Assembly (NCBI GenBank): GCA_048128005.1
Contig: JBEUKZ010000080.1
Coordinates: 372,001 to 436,000, forward strand
Source of the DNA: Veleropilina oligotropha
Taxonomy: Eukaryota
Direction of reading: 5' to 3'
DNA: 64,000 bases
A model generated the notes under the pieces. It was not told where the DNA came from and did no database searches. It saw only the letters and a program-made list of their open reading frames with translations. Position numbers and translations under genes: made by a program. Positions within the stretch are counted from its first letter, which is position 1. Every line of letters begins with the position of its first letter. Of the stretch, positions 1 through 13,000 are shown one piece after another.

Positions 1-1511
1 TAAAATATCAGATAAATAAAGACAAGTGAAATGTATTTAAAAAAATAATACTTTTATTATTTAAGCAGAATTAATTTTAACTAGTTTACAAATCTAAATT
101 ATTCTATTTTGATTATGTATATTTGACAGATATAAACATTACTATACAGGGACCGCCCTAGAATTTTCGAATCAAGAGCCAATTGAATAGCCAAATTCAA
201 TTATTAGGAGCCAATTTAATTTTTTTGTAGCCAATATAAATGTGATATCATTTAATACGTATAATATATAATGTGCGTTGCCAAATATTTAGCTATGACT
301 AACAATGCTGATGTTTTATAGAATGATTCGGAGTAACAAACGACTCTCCTGAAATGCTGAGGAGAGCAATTGACTCACCAAATGAAGTGACGATGTGTGG
401 GTGAAATGTGAAAAATGCATATGCCAATGCCCATTTTACACTGTCATTATGTCATTTACATTATATACCGATATGGGACATAGTAGTCTGGCTTGATTGA
501 TGGTAATATGACTGAGAGTGGTGCAAAATTTTCACCACATCCAGTTTACTCTTAGAATATGTATGCAACCTTTTCCTCATTAAATTATCTAGCAACAAGA
601 ACACCTTGATCACGTTGACATGTTCACTTTGTTTGATATTTTGATTGACGTTTAACAACCACGCCGACTATATTTTTCCGTCATAATCTGGTCTATAGTC
701 ATAAAATGTTAAAAAAGACCAATTTCACCAATATAAGGTCATATAAAATGCTAGAATTAGAACTAAACAATATCAAATATAGATAAAATGGAAGGAAATT
801 AAAAATAAATAAAATTATCTCAGAAAATTGTAAGTTGTAAATAAAAAATTCTGCAAAATAGTTCAATTTAAACAAAAAGCAAAATAACATTTATTTTATT
901 ACTAGTGAAATGGAAATTTCACTTGTGATAGTGAAAATTTAATATTATTGCTCAGATATGCTTTTCTAAGTCTTATTTCGGAATCTACTTTCACCTTTCA
1001 AAATTAATGTAATGCTATTTCCTAATTTACTGAAGCCATCAAACTAAATTATCTCCCTTGCTACAGAAATTCAATGCGACTATGTGTATATATTAATTAA
1101 CCTTTTAATCTTTTTATAATTTAATATACAACTTACTTTAGTTAGTAAAACTGTTATTTTCTCGTGTTTAAGTATTCATTTCTTCGCGTAAATGCCACTA
1201 AAGAAGTAAATGATGTCGGTGCGGTAAGCGTGAAAGTCGCAAATTTTTTGTAATTTAAATCCGGAATATGTCGAAAATGACCGACGGTAAATACGACTGC
1301 AATTAGCAGTAAGCGAACAACGAATGCTTCCGAAATCGCGTCTCGTAATTGTACGGAAACATACAGAGTAAAATCGACACACTCGCTGCGAGAGCACTAA
1401 AATGTCGATAAAAAACAATGGCGGATTACATTTGACAACGGTCGCGGCGACGCAAAGATTAAGAGCTGTATTAAAGTATTTGAATTGAAACGAAAGACGA
1501 TTTTAAAGTAG

Positions 1512-4141
1512 TTTTTAAACCCAGCTTAAAAAAAAGCTGGGGTTATTGTCATCGCCCGAGGCGGGCGGTCGGGCGGGCGGGCGGGCGGACGGGCGGCTCA
1601 TGTTGTCCGGCCTATATCTCGGCTACCAAACATGTTACCTTGATTTCATATGGTATGCTAACTACCCTTATCATACGCTAGTGCATGGTGGCGAAATTTC
1701 ACGTGAATGACCTTTGACCTTGCGGCAATGACCTTGGACCCTTAAATTTTGTCCGGGCCGGTTCTCGGAGACCAAACATGTTAGCCTTCTAATTTTTTTT
1801 TAGATGTGTTGCCTATACTTAAAACCTGTGCATGGCAGTAAAATTTTGATCATTTGACCTTTGACCTCTGCGTAGTGACCTTCACAAATTTTCTATATTT
1901 AGATTTTTTTCGTATTTTTTTAATTTTTCGGGGCCAAACTATTCCTTTAGGGTTAGTACATCATATAACAAATACGAAAAATGGCCTTTGGTCAAAGGTC
2001 AAGGTCACAGAGGTCAAAATATACTCGCAATTTTCAATGTTGTCCGGCCTATATCTCGGCTACCAAACATGTTACCTTGATTTCATGTGGTATGCTAACT
2101 ACCGTTGTCATACGCTAGTGCATGGTGGCGAAATTTCACGTGAATGACCTATGACCTTGCGGCAATGACCTTGGACCCTTAAATTTTGTCCGGGCTGGTT
2201 CTCGGAGACCAAACATGTTAGCCTTCTAATTTTTTTTTAGATGTGTTGCCTATACTTAAAACCTGTGCATGGCAGTAAAATTTTGATCATTTGACCTTTG
2301 ACCTCTGCGTAGTGACCTTCACAAATTTTCTATATTTAGATTTTTTTACTTTTTCGTATTTTTTAAATTTTTCGGGGCCAAACTATTCCTTTAGGGTTAG
2401 TACATCATATAACAAATACGAAAAATGGCCTTTGGTCAAAGGTCAAGGAGGTCAAAATATACTCACAATTTTCAATGTTGTCCGGCCTATATCTCGGCTA
2501 CCAAACATGTTACCTTGATTTCATGTGGTATGCTAACTACCCTTGTCATACGCTAGTGCATGGTGGCGAAATTTCACGTGAATGACCTTTGACCTTCCGG
2601 CAATGACCTTGGACCCTTAAATGTTGTCCGGGCCGGTTCTCGGAGACCAAACATGTTAGCCTTCTAATTTTTTTTTAGATGTGTTGCCTATACTTAAAAC
2701 CTGTGCATGGCAGTAAAATTTTGATCATTTGACCTTTGACCTCTGCGTAGTGACCTTCACAAATTTTCTATATTTAGATTTTTTTACTTTTTCGTATTTT
2801 TTAAATTTTTCGGGGCCAAACTATTCCTTTAGGGTTAGTACATCATATAACAAATACGAAAAATGGCCTTGGTCAAAGGTCAAGGTCACAGAGGTCAAAA
2901 TATACTCACAATTTTCAATGTTGTCCGGCCTATATCTCGGCTACCAAACATGTTACCTTGATTTCATGTGGTATGCTAACTACCCTTGTCATACGCTAGT
3001 GCATGGTGGCGAAATTTCACGTGAATGACCTTTGACCTTGGACCCTTAAATTTTGTCCGGGCCTGTTCTCGGAGACCAAACATGTTAGCCTTCTAATTTT
3101 TTTTAGATGTGTTGCCTATACTTAAAACCTGTGCATGGCTATAAAATTTTGATCATTTGACCTCTGCGTAGTGACCTTCACAAATTTTCTATATTTAGAT
3201 TTTTTTACTTTTTCGTATTTTTTAAATTTTTCGGGGCCAAACTATTCCTTTAGGGTTAGTACATCATATAACAAATACGAAAAATGGCCTTTGGTCAAAG
3301 GTCAAGGTCACAGAGGTCAAAATATACTCACAATTTTCAATGTTGTCCGGCCTATATCTCGGCTACCAAACATGTTACCTTGATTTCATGTGGTATGCTA
3401 ACTACCCTTGTCATACGCTAGTGCATGGTGGCGAAATTTCACGTGAATGACCTTTGACCTTGCGACAATGACCGTTGACCCTTAAATATTGTCCGGGCCG
3501 GTTCTCGGAGACCAAACATGTTAGCCTTCTCATTTTTTCTTATATGTGTTGCATGGAAGTAAAATTTTGATCATTTGACCTTTGACCTCTGCGTAGTGAC
3601 CTTCACAAATTTTCTATATTTAGATTTTTTTTAATTTTTCGTAATTTTTTTATTTTTCGGGGCCAAACTATTCCTTTAGGGTTAGTACATCATATAACAA
3701 ATACGAAAAATAGCCTTTGGTCAAAGGTCAAGGTAACAGAGGTCAAAATATATTCGCAATTTGCAATGTTGTCCGGTCTATATCTCAGCTACCAAACATG
3801 TTACCTTGATTTCATATGGTATGCTAACTACCCTATCATACGCTAGGCCATGGTGGCGAAATTTCATGTGAATGGCCTTTGACATTGCGGCAATGACCTT
3901 TGACCCTTAAATTTTGTCCGGGCCGGTAATGGCCTTTGGTCAAAGGTCAAGGTCACAGAGGTCTAAATATACTCACAATTTTTTCTTTCTTTCAAATTAT
4001 TTTTTCATCTGAACTTCTTCATGATGGACAGTTAGCACAGTGTTTAGCCAAGGGGTACTGGCAAGGTCAAGATCACAGATTTTATATGGCAGTCTGATTG
4101 CTATATAAAGCTGGGGTTCCTGATAGCCTGGCGGCTGTCTA
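1512..4141 (+). mobile_element. Helentron-associated interspersed element (HINE/DINE-1/Pearl-like) with central ~435-bp tandem array
   Basis: T-run, then 5' subTIR AAACCCAGCTT (1517-1527), its inverted copy AAGCTGGGGTT (1534-1544), (GGGC)n microsatellite, tandem array, 3' subTIR AAGCTGGGGTT (4108-4118), hairpin GATAGCC-tggc-GGCTGTC (4122-4139) and T-rich flank. This matches the known HINE architecture. Confidence 0.85.
1601..3980 (+). repeat. Tandem repeat, ~5.5 units of 422-443 bp
   Basis: Unit start TGTTGTCCGG(C/T)CTATATCTC at 1601, 2038, 2476, 2919, 3341 and 3767. Rich in TGACCTTTGACCT / GGTCAAAGGTCA. Confidence 0.95.
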
Positions 4142-4263
4142 TTTTTATTCATTTATCATATCGTTTATAGGCGCGCCAAAAAAATAGCCATTTATTAAAT
4201 TTAATCGCCATGTGTCCAATTTTAGCGCAAATGCGCGTTGGCGAGCGGCTAGGGCGGTCCCTG

Positions 4264-5030
4264 ATATTGTAGTTGCCATGTCCGACTGTACGACCGTCCG
4301 TCCGTACCTCTGTAAACAATTTGGTTAAAGTTTCGATTTGAGTGTATATAGCTTGCCCATGATACTTTTTGGCATTATATGGATGACACCTGGTACTCTG
4401 AAAGTGAGATTGAATAAAATTTAATATAATTATTGCATAGCATAGGAATTTTGGTTAAAGTTTCTGGTTAAAGTTTTTCATTGAGTGTATATGGGTTGTT
4501 GAAACAACATTTTGGTGTATATATGCTTTGGTATTTATAAAATGAATGTCAACTGATACTATGGAAGTGATGCTGAATTAAATTTAATATAATTATTGCC
4601 TAAAAATAGGTGTTTGTGGACATAGAAATTTTGGTTAAAGTTTTGTTGAAATTTTTCAATGGGCATATTGGTTGTTCTAGGCACCGTTTTACATCCATAT
4701 ACTGTAGTGTTGACTATATTGATGCTGCTCCCTCATTTGCAAGTGATTTATAATATAAATAACATGTGAAATTAGTGTTTGTGGACATATATACATATTG
4801 GTTAAAGTTGAGTGAATTTCCGTTCTGTTCCATTATTGCATACATATTCTTTGGTGATGCTTATATTGATACCACCTTTTACTCTAGCAATGATATTGAA
4901 TATTATTTTGTATGAATATTGAAGAAACTTGATGTGTTGGGATATATAAATTTTGGGTAAAGTTTATATCAGAGTCACTGAATGCGGTAGGCGGGGGGGA
5001 TGAATCCGTTTTATATCGGGCTCTTGTTTC
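4264..5030 (+). mobile_element. 5'-truncated HINE-like element with degenerate GGTTAAAGTT subrepeats
   Basis: Homologous to 5737-6180. Ends in GGGGGGGAT, an imperfect hairpin and TTGTT (~4993-5030). Confidence 0.6.
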
Positions 5031-5359
5031 CTTTTCCAACCGTAGCATGTATTAGACGTAGTAGCTTTCACCATCGTGTTTCTTGTCGTTGGAAAGACTA
5101 AAAAGTATCCAAATCAGGATCGGAGTCCGAATATCATGACGTCATTTCCGGATTATTCTATATTCACCATGTGTTTGTAGTCCCCTATAAATAACAAATA
5201 TTATATGAATCTGGTTCCGGACTTAATGATGCCAGCTCCTGTTTTCGCTTTGTCCTCTCTATGAGATAGGCTATTGGTCGTTGAGATTTCTTGCTATCAC
5301 CATCGTATTTCTTGTCATCGGAGCGAAGGTTTACTATCTCGTATTGCCTTGTTTCATGT

Positions 5360-5570
5360 GGCCGCTTCGGTATCGCATTGGATCCGAATGCGGATTCTAA
5401 ATTCACTGGCTCGATTCAACTAACACGAACAGTAGTGAGATGATACTGTGCTGGGGTAATGGCATTATTTGTTCACTGCAGTAATGAATAACAGTTGTCC
5501 GTAACTTGCCAGAGAGGGCAGGTTTTCGCGGATAACTGGTCTTTCCTCCCTCGATAATAGAGACATGAGG
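5360..5570 (+). mobile_element. tRNA-derived SINE copy (family S1)
   Basis: GGCCGCTTCGG head and body ACAGTTGTCCGTAACT...GGTCTTTCCTCC, shared with copies near 36.9, 39.3, 41.9, 44.8, 45.6 and 52.0 kb. Confidence 0.6.
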
Positions 5571-5705
5571 TCGAGATTTTTCAAAAACGATTGCCGAACG
5601 ACTCGCAAGTGTATGATTTTTGGCTTGCATGCAAACGCAATGAGCATGTTGTCTGGCTGTTCGTTCGTCCGGGCAGGTTATAGAGGACAAGACAACTGCA
5701 ATGGG

Positions 5706-6180
5706 TTTTTATCCCCCACCCGAAGGGTAGCGGGGGATATTGTTGTTGCCATGTCCGTTCGTACGTCCGGCTGGGCGTCCGTCCGTAAACAATTTGGTTA
5801 GTTTCGAATTGAGCTTGCCCATGATACTTTTTGGCATATATATATGCTTTTGTATGCGTTATATATATATGGAAGATACCTGGTACTCTGGAAGTGAGAT
5901 AGAATAAAATTTAATATAATTATTGCATAATTGTAGGTGTTTTTGAACATAGAAATTTTGGTTAAAGTTTCTGGTTAAAGTTTTGTTGTTGAAACAACAT
6001 TTTTGTGTATACATGTATATGCTTTGGTATTGATAATATGAATGTCAACTGATGCTATGGAAGTAATGCTGAATTAAATTTTTCAATGGGCATATGGGTT
6101 GTTCTAGGAACTGTTTTACATCCATATACTGTAGTGTTGACCATAATGATGCTGCTCCCTCATCTGTAAGTGATTTATTT
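5706..6180 (+). mobile_element. HINE-like element, 5' part (second copy of the 4264-5030 family)
   Basis: TTTTTATCCCCC...GGGGGATA stem followed by a (GTCC)-type microsatellite and a body similar to 4264-4750. Confidence 0.65.
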
Positions 6181-6597
6181 TGTGTGCCTAGTGCATATGT
6201 GTCACTGATTGCTTGATGACACTATATTTATGCCCAGCGACTAAATTCGGGCGGGACATATATATATATATATATATATATAGCTTTTGGAATGTCTGTC
6301 CGTCCATCCCATCTTCTGCGCAACATAACTCTGCGTGTACTGCATGCAGCCTCTGTATATTGCACAGGTGCCATATGTGTTCGGCCAACATAACCCTGCA
6401 TGTACTCAGGGATGGGCCTGGGTTCTGAAAAAGTTTCGCCACCACTTTCGCCACTTTCAATTTTCTTTCGCCACTTTTGAATTTTAGGAGCCACAGTATA
6501 TGAACTAATCGGTATAGCAAACAATATATAATCAAGCGAAAACGGTACACAATTTTATTACAGACGATTCCACTTAATAAGATACCGGTACCTGTTA

Positions 6598-6930
6598 TTA
6601 ATTGATTGATTGATTGATTGATTGATTTTATTTAGCTAAGATCAACGCATGGATGACACAGAAAGCGCAATGCTTATTTCCACTGTGGTCCAGAAATACA
6701 TATAATAACAACAACAACATTTACATACAATCGCAATGATACAAGCATAATACAAGCAATATATTTAAAATAATAGTACAAAAGAGATTTTATATTTTGC
6801 ATGTTGACATTTTAATTGCTATTGGTGGCATGAAATTCATTTTGTACGTGGATTTTGATTTTGTGCTTAAATGAGGCAGTGGACGTACAATTGTGAATAT
6901 TGTGTGGAACAGAATTCCATGCATGGTAAG
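6598..6930 (-). mobile_element. 3' end of a CR1/L2-group LINE
   Basis: Minus strand reads WNSVPHNIHNCTSTASFKHKIK (typical WNxLP...FK ORF2 C-terminus), then a 3' UTR, AATAAA and an (ATCA)n tail. Confidence 0.7.
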
Positions 6931-7719
6931 CTTCGAGCTGTTGTCCAATTAACAGAGATGTCGGATTGATAAAGTAAAGGTGCTAATCTAATTAGCATAC
7001 AAAAATACCAGCTTGTGAAAAACAAATAAGTGCTTGAAATTAATCCTATCGGCCGCTTTGATATCTTCGGGAGGCCTACATACGTGATGTTTACTTTGGA
7101 ATAATGCCGTTATAATATAATTGACAACTTGGACCAACCCCTCCATTGTTTGTTAACTACACAAACATCTTTGTTTTACTTTATTTTTAAACAAATAAAC
7201 GATTTGCGATGTTTTCAGCATACTTGCAATATAATAATCAACGGTCACACAATGAACGATCATAATGACCTTTGACCCGATATGATTCATGGAGGCAGAC
7301 AAAAACACGCGACACGGTATAAAACAACAACAACTTCGTTACAACAACTATATTAATACATATAATTAATTCTGAACTTTTCCAGGTTTGTGGCAAATAA
7401 ATGTTTATTGAGACAGTAAAATTACAATACACCTGTAAATAGTATTTTCGTATTGTAATTTGCAGGAAAATTACATGTGACCTAAGGATAATTATTAGGC
7501 TGTCTGTGAATGCGACTTTGGCAATCAGGAAAAATCCCAAATCCAACAAGAATATTTTTTGTCAAGATATCATCAAATAGTTTATTTTATACCAACATGC
7601 GGAAAAAAATGTCTTGTTATTAACCCAAAATAACTATTTTGCTATCTTATTAACAGACATATTTTATACATGAATAATAGTAAACGGTTCTGTGTTTGAC
7701 AATGTTATGCTAATAAGCG

Positions 7720-8052
7720 AAATCTCTTATTGCGGCAGATACGAAAGTGTCTATTATAGGAATAACAGAAACATGGCTCGACAACACAGTGACTGACAGG
7801 GAAGTCAGCATAAACAACTACGTTGTTCAACGACGCGATCGCAATCGATGTGGCGGTGGCGTCTGTATCTACATTCGATCTGATATCGCCTTCAATCCTA
7901 GACCGGACCTATCTACACAAGACCTGGAGACATTATGGGTTGACATTTTATTTCCTAAAACCAAACCCCTTCTTGTTGGAGTGTGCTATCGTCCTCCGAC
8001 ACAAACGGATTTCTACACTAAGCTGGAAGAAATGTGTACCGTACACAATTAA
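7720..8052 (+). pseudogene. LINE (CR1/L2-group) AP-endonuclease fragment
   Basis: IIGITETWL, RRDR..GGGVCIYI and GVCYRPP motifs of LINE APE domains. Truncated on both sides. Confidence 0.9.
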
Positions 8053-8718
8053 TGTCATTATTTCACGCATCATCATGACCATATTTATTTTCTTGCGTCA
8101 AAATTGTCAGTACAAATAACGTTGTTTTAGTCAACAAAAGCAGCTCGACTCTATGACTTTAATATAACAAATAACGGTTTGACATCGCGACATGTACAGG
8201 GTCAAATGGCATGCTAAGGGAGGGCTTATTATGCGTTATGCATAACTTTTGACTTCGGAATAACTATCAAATAACTAAGAACAATAAATATTAATGGATG
8301 TACAAATGTTTATTTTTGCTATATATTACATCGATAATATGGATAAATGTCACCATGTTGTCATTCATACAGCAATATATTGTTGCGTAAGGATCTTGAC
8401 TCCCTGCCAACATTTCTGCCATGTTGTTTTGGTACCAATACGAGCACATGGCGGTCGATATATTTCTGATGAAATACAAGTTAGATTGCCTTCAACATTG
8501 TTATTGCTTGAAGTATGTTTGACAAGACTGAAATAAGAGTAATTAACAACATTATTTATGAAACATAGGAACTTTTTACAGTGTGAAACTTGATAATGCA
8601 GCTATATTTTTGGGCCACATTTTTGTCGCCCCAAAAAATCGCCAGAATTGAAATTTTGTCGCCACTTTTAAAAAAAATTCGCAAATGGCGACAGTGGCGA
8701 TCGCCAGGCCGATCCCTG

Positions 8719-9115
8719 GTACTGCATGCAGCCTCAGTATATTGTCAGGTTCCCTGTGGGCGGCCAACATAACTCTGCGTGTACTGCATGCGGCCTCTGT
8801 ATATTGCACAGGTGCCTTGTGGGCGGCCAACATAACTCTGCGTGTACTGCATGCAGCCTCTGTGTATTGCACAGGTGACCTATGGGCAGCCAACATAACT
8901 CTGCGTGTACTGCATGCCGCCTCTGTATATTGCACAGATGCCCTCTGGGTGGCCAACATAACTCTGCGTGTACTGCATGCCGCCTCTGTATATTGTCAGG
9001 TGCCCTGTGGGCGGCCAACATAACTCTGCGTGTACTGCATGCAGCCTCTGTATATTGCCCAGGTGCCCTATGGGCGACCAACATAACTCTGCGTGTACTG
9101 CATGCGGCCTCTGTA
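8719..9115 (+). repeat. 62/63-bp satellite, ~6 units
   Basis: CAACATAACTCTGCGTGTACTGCATGC unit at 8765, 8828, 8891, 8954 and 9016. Confidence 0.95.
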
Positions 9116-10046
9116 TATGTAGTTACAAACTACTTACTTCCTTACACTTGCCATAATTGTCATATTATCGCCAACCGGAAACAGTGAATAATTTGTCACA
9201 TTTTATGCACTATTAAGTCAAATAACACTACGATTACCTCCCCTGCTCCCCCTCTCTAAGTTCCCCCGGCGAGATCTCGCCAAGTCTCGCGAGATGTCCG
9301 AGCCCAAGGCCTCAATTCAAAGTTTTCCGCCATCTTGGAAAACCGTGTTTTCTTTACATCCGCAAAGTGTTCAGTTACGATTTATATAAAATCTTTCTTA
9401 TAACATTTCAAAAAGTTATAAGCACTGGATTACCTTTAGGAAGTGATAACATCAGTGAAAGAGAAGATTTAAGATCTGTGCTACTTCAACTAAGAAGGAA
9501 GTTGTGAGATTGGAGTGAAATCGACATCGCCGCCGTTGCCCGATAAAAGCAAGGGCCGCTCAGAGGTGAAGTTTTGTTAGTAAAGAAATTTCTGGTCGGT
9601 ATATATATATCTGATATTATTCGAGACTTCAAAGGTAACTCATTATATTAGATAATTCCTTAACGACGTTTATTGCTGGTAATTATTGTTTAAATATTTA
9701 ACGTCGTTAAAAGGCAGGATTGTTTAGATATTAACGTTAGTTATTCTGATATCATGCCGTTACTGGGATAATACGCCACCGTACTAACTTTAAAAAAACA
9801 TCCACGAGGTTTTCAGGTGTTTTCTCGGGCGTTTTTTTCAGAGAATAAACCCCCTTTTAGTCTATTGCCGGGTTTTATTAGCCGGCCTCGGTGTTCCCAG
9901 CTCGGGGTTATTTACGGTATATCGCCTGATCTCCAATATTCAGATAAGGTACAATCTAAAGGGTTGTAGTAGTAGAGTCGCAACTACCAAACATATACTT
10001 TTTCGCTACCCCGTCCACCCACTATCACCCTCCTGTGTATTCAGCT

Positions 10047-13000
10047 ATGGCCCAGTGCAGCAACTCCGGGTGTAACCAGAAGATTCATGGATTTGATAGG
10101 CACACGGAATGCCGTGTTCACCGTAACTGTAGTAAAACATATCAATGTGAACTGTGTCTATGTTTAACAGAGAGGCAGTGGGCGCTCATCTTTCCACCAG
10201 TGAAGCCGACCAGGGCCTGCCACGGTGGGTCCTCCCCCGGAGAAGGGACAAAATGCTAAGATAAGTTAAGGGATAACGTTTCTTTGTCTGCTTCAGGGAC
10301 GCTGGACGACAGCCGACCGAGGGTACCATCTGTCGCCGGATCTACCGGCGAAACCTCCGCGACTCGTGGGGGAGTCGCCAAAACCTTGCCGGGACCCCAG
10401 ACGCAGGTAGGAGCCCGAGAGCTGTCCGATCCTCCTCAAACGGGCCTAGTAACCGCAGCCAACCATACCTTGCCGGCTAGCAAGGTATATCTGGCAGCGC
10501 GGCGAACCGCTGAACAGGGCAGACATTCCCCATCCCATTCGTCGGCCTCAAAGAATACGGGGAATGTTAGTCCTTCTGCGGGAAACTCTTCGCTTAGCGG
10601 CGGAGAGCAACCCAATGAGAAAGCCAATCAAGAGGCCGGACACCATTACGAGGGTCTAAGATCCGGACAATTGGCGATGCCTGAACGCTCGTCCGAGACC
10701 GACGCGACTAACCATTGGGTTTTTCCGCTCAACCTCAGAGCTCACTAGTATTTCAGAGGGCCCGTTATCTCCCGTGCACCCACAGGGGCAACGCTAGGTA
10801 ACGCGGACGGACCGGCTGTGTTCGGACAGAGGTTTTACGGTGACCCGACCGTGCCTCGCTCGAACAGAGTGGTAGACCAGTACGGGCTGTGGCCGCAGTC
10901 CTACAGGTCGCCCGTTCCCCTGAATGCGCGTTCGGGCCATTTCTTCGGGAACGACCGCTCGACGGGTGACCCGATACCATGGTTCTCGGCTTCACCTGTC
11001 CGTGCAGCCCGTCAACCTTGCGCCACGGTGACTTCGACCGAACTACCGGCTGTTAGTTCGACGCCCGTCATGCCTCCGGGTTTCTCGTACGAGACTTTCC
11101 AGGCTATGTTCGCGGCGGAGTTCGAGTCCCGCTGTAAGGCCTGGCAACCGGCTACCCAGCCGGCCCAGTTCCCTGCACCTCTCAGTCTGCCCGTGGCGCA
11201 TATCATGACTCCCGCATCAGTGATGGAGATCGACCCTCGTTCCGACGAGGACCTCGACTCCACTCACTCCGACCTCCCTGAATCGGTCGGGCCCGAAGAT
11301 GCTTGTAGTCTCTCAGGCACGCAGGAGCCGATCTCCACCACCCGCCGAAGGCTTGACACCGTTGCGTCACTTCGCGGGGTGGTTGGTCTACTGGAACCTA
11401 CTCGGTCGGGGGTAGGCTTGATCAAGCACAGGACGGCGGCACATCGTTGTGTTGAGAAGGAAGCCCCCTTGCTTCTTTCCTTACCTCAGTCTGGGCTGGT
11501 TGATCTAGTCGTCGACTCGACAACTAAGCTCATTCAGGGGCGCAATCCGATGGAGTCCTCCCCATTGACGGAGTTCCCTTCGGGGTTCCGTAGTGGGAGG
11601 TACCTCCGGGCCAGTTCGCATTCGATCCCGTTCGCATGTACTGGTCCGTGCCTGGCGACTGAGCCGGCTCGGGTTGACGCAGCGATGCGTCGACTGACCG
11701 CCAGTCACACTCCCACTGTGGCGAAAGTTCCTTGGGCCGCCTTGGAAGCTTTCGAGAGTTCCGCCCGACGGGCTCTGCAGCTGTCGTCCGTACAGGATTT
11801 TTTCCTAGACAGAGCGATAGCCGTATTACAGGAGGAAGGACACGGCGCCCGCGAGGCAGCCCTGTTCTTCCTCCAAGAGGTTGCTGCCGTTACGGAGACC
11901 AGCGCGCTGGAGACGGGATGTGCTGGGTAACGCTCTCCTACTTCGCATACATGTGATAAACCCAAAATACCATTCCACGAGGTTGGGGTCAATTTTCCAG
12001 GAGATTCCAGAAGTATTTTTATCGGAGGATTTTATCGTCGATTTCGTCATATATTTGAAATTATTTGAATAAAAAGGCATTCATAGAAATGAAATATTAT
12101 TTTATTTATGCAATCAAAACAATACCAATAAATATTATAATTAAATATATATATATTCAACACCATAAAATAATTATATAATACAACCTTAAATATTTAC
12201 AATTCTTATTGTATATATTTTCAGTAAAGTACAACATGCACAGCCTTAATTACTTAATTACTTGATCAGCATATTAACATATGTTGTCATAACAAAATTA
12301 AACCTAAAAAAGCCGATTATCATTAATCATCTTATATTTTTAAAAGTTCTTGCGGACAATTCAGATTACCTTTGCGGTTAGGCCTAATAGCTATGCACTT
12401 TGCCGATAAACGCAAACTTGTATTAAATCACTAGAGCTCAGAGCATGTCAGTTGCGCTAATCCCTATTATTTGGCAACTCTACTGAAACTCTTGATGAGT
12501 AATTAAACAATAGACGTTTTCATAGCATTTATTCCCAATTAATTTGCTTTATTAGCTCTATTGACATCTAATTCTTTGTGAACTATGGGCCTACATCAAA
12601 TAGATCACAACGTTGATTCGAAAATTATCTTCGTATTAAATAGTACAAATTTAAATACCCGGTGCGAGATTATTTTGTAACGCAATATAAAGAGATATGA
12701 AAGTCGGAAAACACTCGTATATTTCCGTAAGTAGTTCCCAAAATTACTACGCGACAATTGCTATCAACACAAAAGCACGCTTAGTGCTTGTGGTAAACGA
12801 AGTATCAAACGAATATTTTGACAATAATCTTCATGCTCTATCGCGTTCTATCTACACAATTTATGTAGAGGTATATTGTTACAGCATCTACTGTATTTGA
12901 CGACTTATTAAACGAGTTCCGTTTACCGACTCCAAAACTATTGCGGATAACTCGATAAGAAATAACATTGCGAAGATAGCTTTTGAGGGAGAAATCAAGA

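Larger units (their letters stand above)
147..4263. mobile_element. Non-autonomous TIR DNA transposon (CAGGG termini, hAT-like) containing a nested HINE
   Basis: Perfect 15-bp TIRs CAGGGACCGCCCTAG (147-161) and CTAGGGCGGTCCCTG (4249-4263), with subterminal GCCA(A) repeats at both ends. No convincing TSD (only ATA/ATA) and no transposase ORF. Confidence 0.7.
6407..8718. mobile_element. Non-autonomous TIR DNA transposon with 5-bp TSD, carrying LINE fragments
   Basis: TIRs CAGGGATGGGCCTGG and CCAGGCCGATCCCTG (1 mismatch), with TCGCCAC subterminal repeats. GTACT is duplicated (6402-6406, 8719-8723) relative to the uninterrupted satellite unit TGTACTGCATGC. Confidence 0.85.

Noticed and set aside
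385..435. WVKCEKC zinc-finger-like fragment
   Set aside because: Too short and bounded by stops. At most a transposon relic.
1854..3383. Repeated MTFDLCVV ORFs, and similar ORFs in the 62-bp satellite
   Set aside because: Frames differ between units because of indels, and there are no protein motifs.
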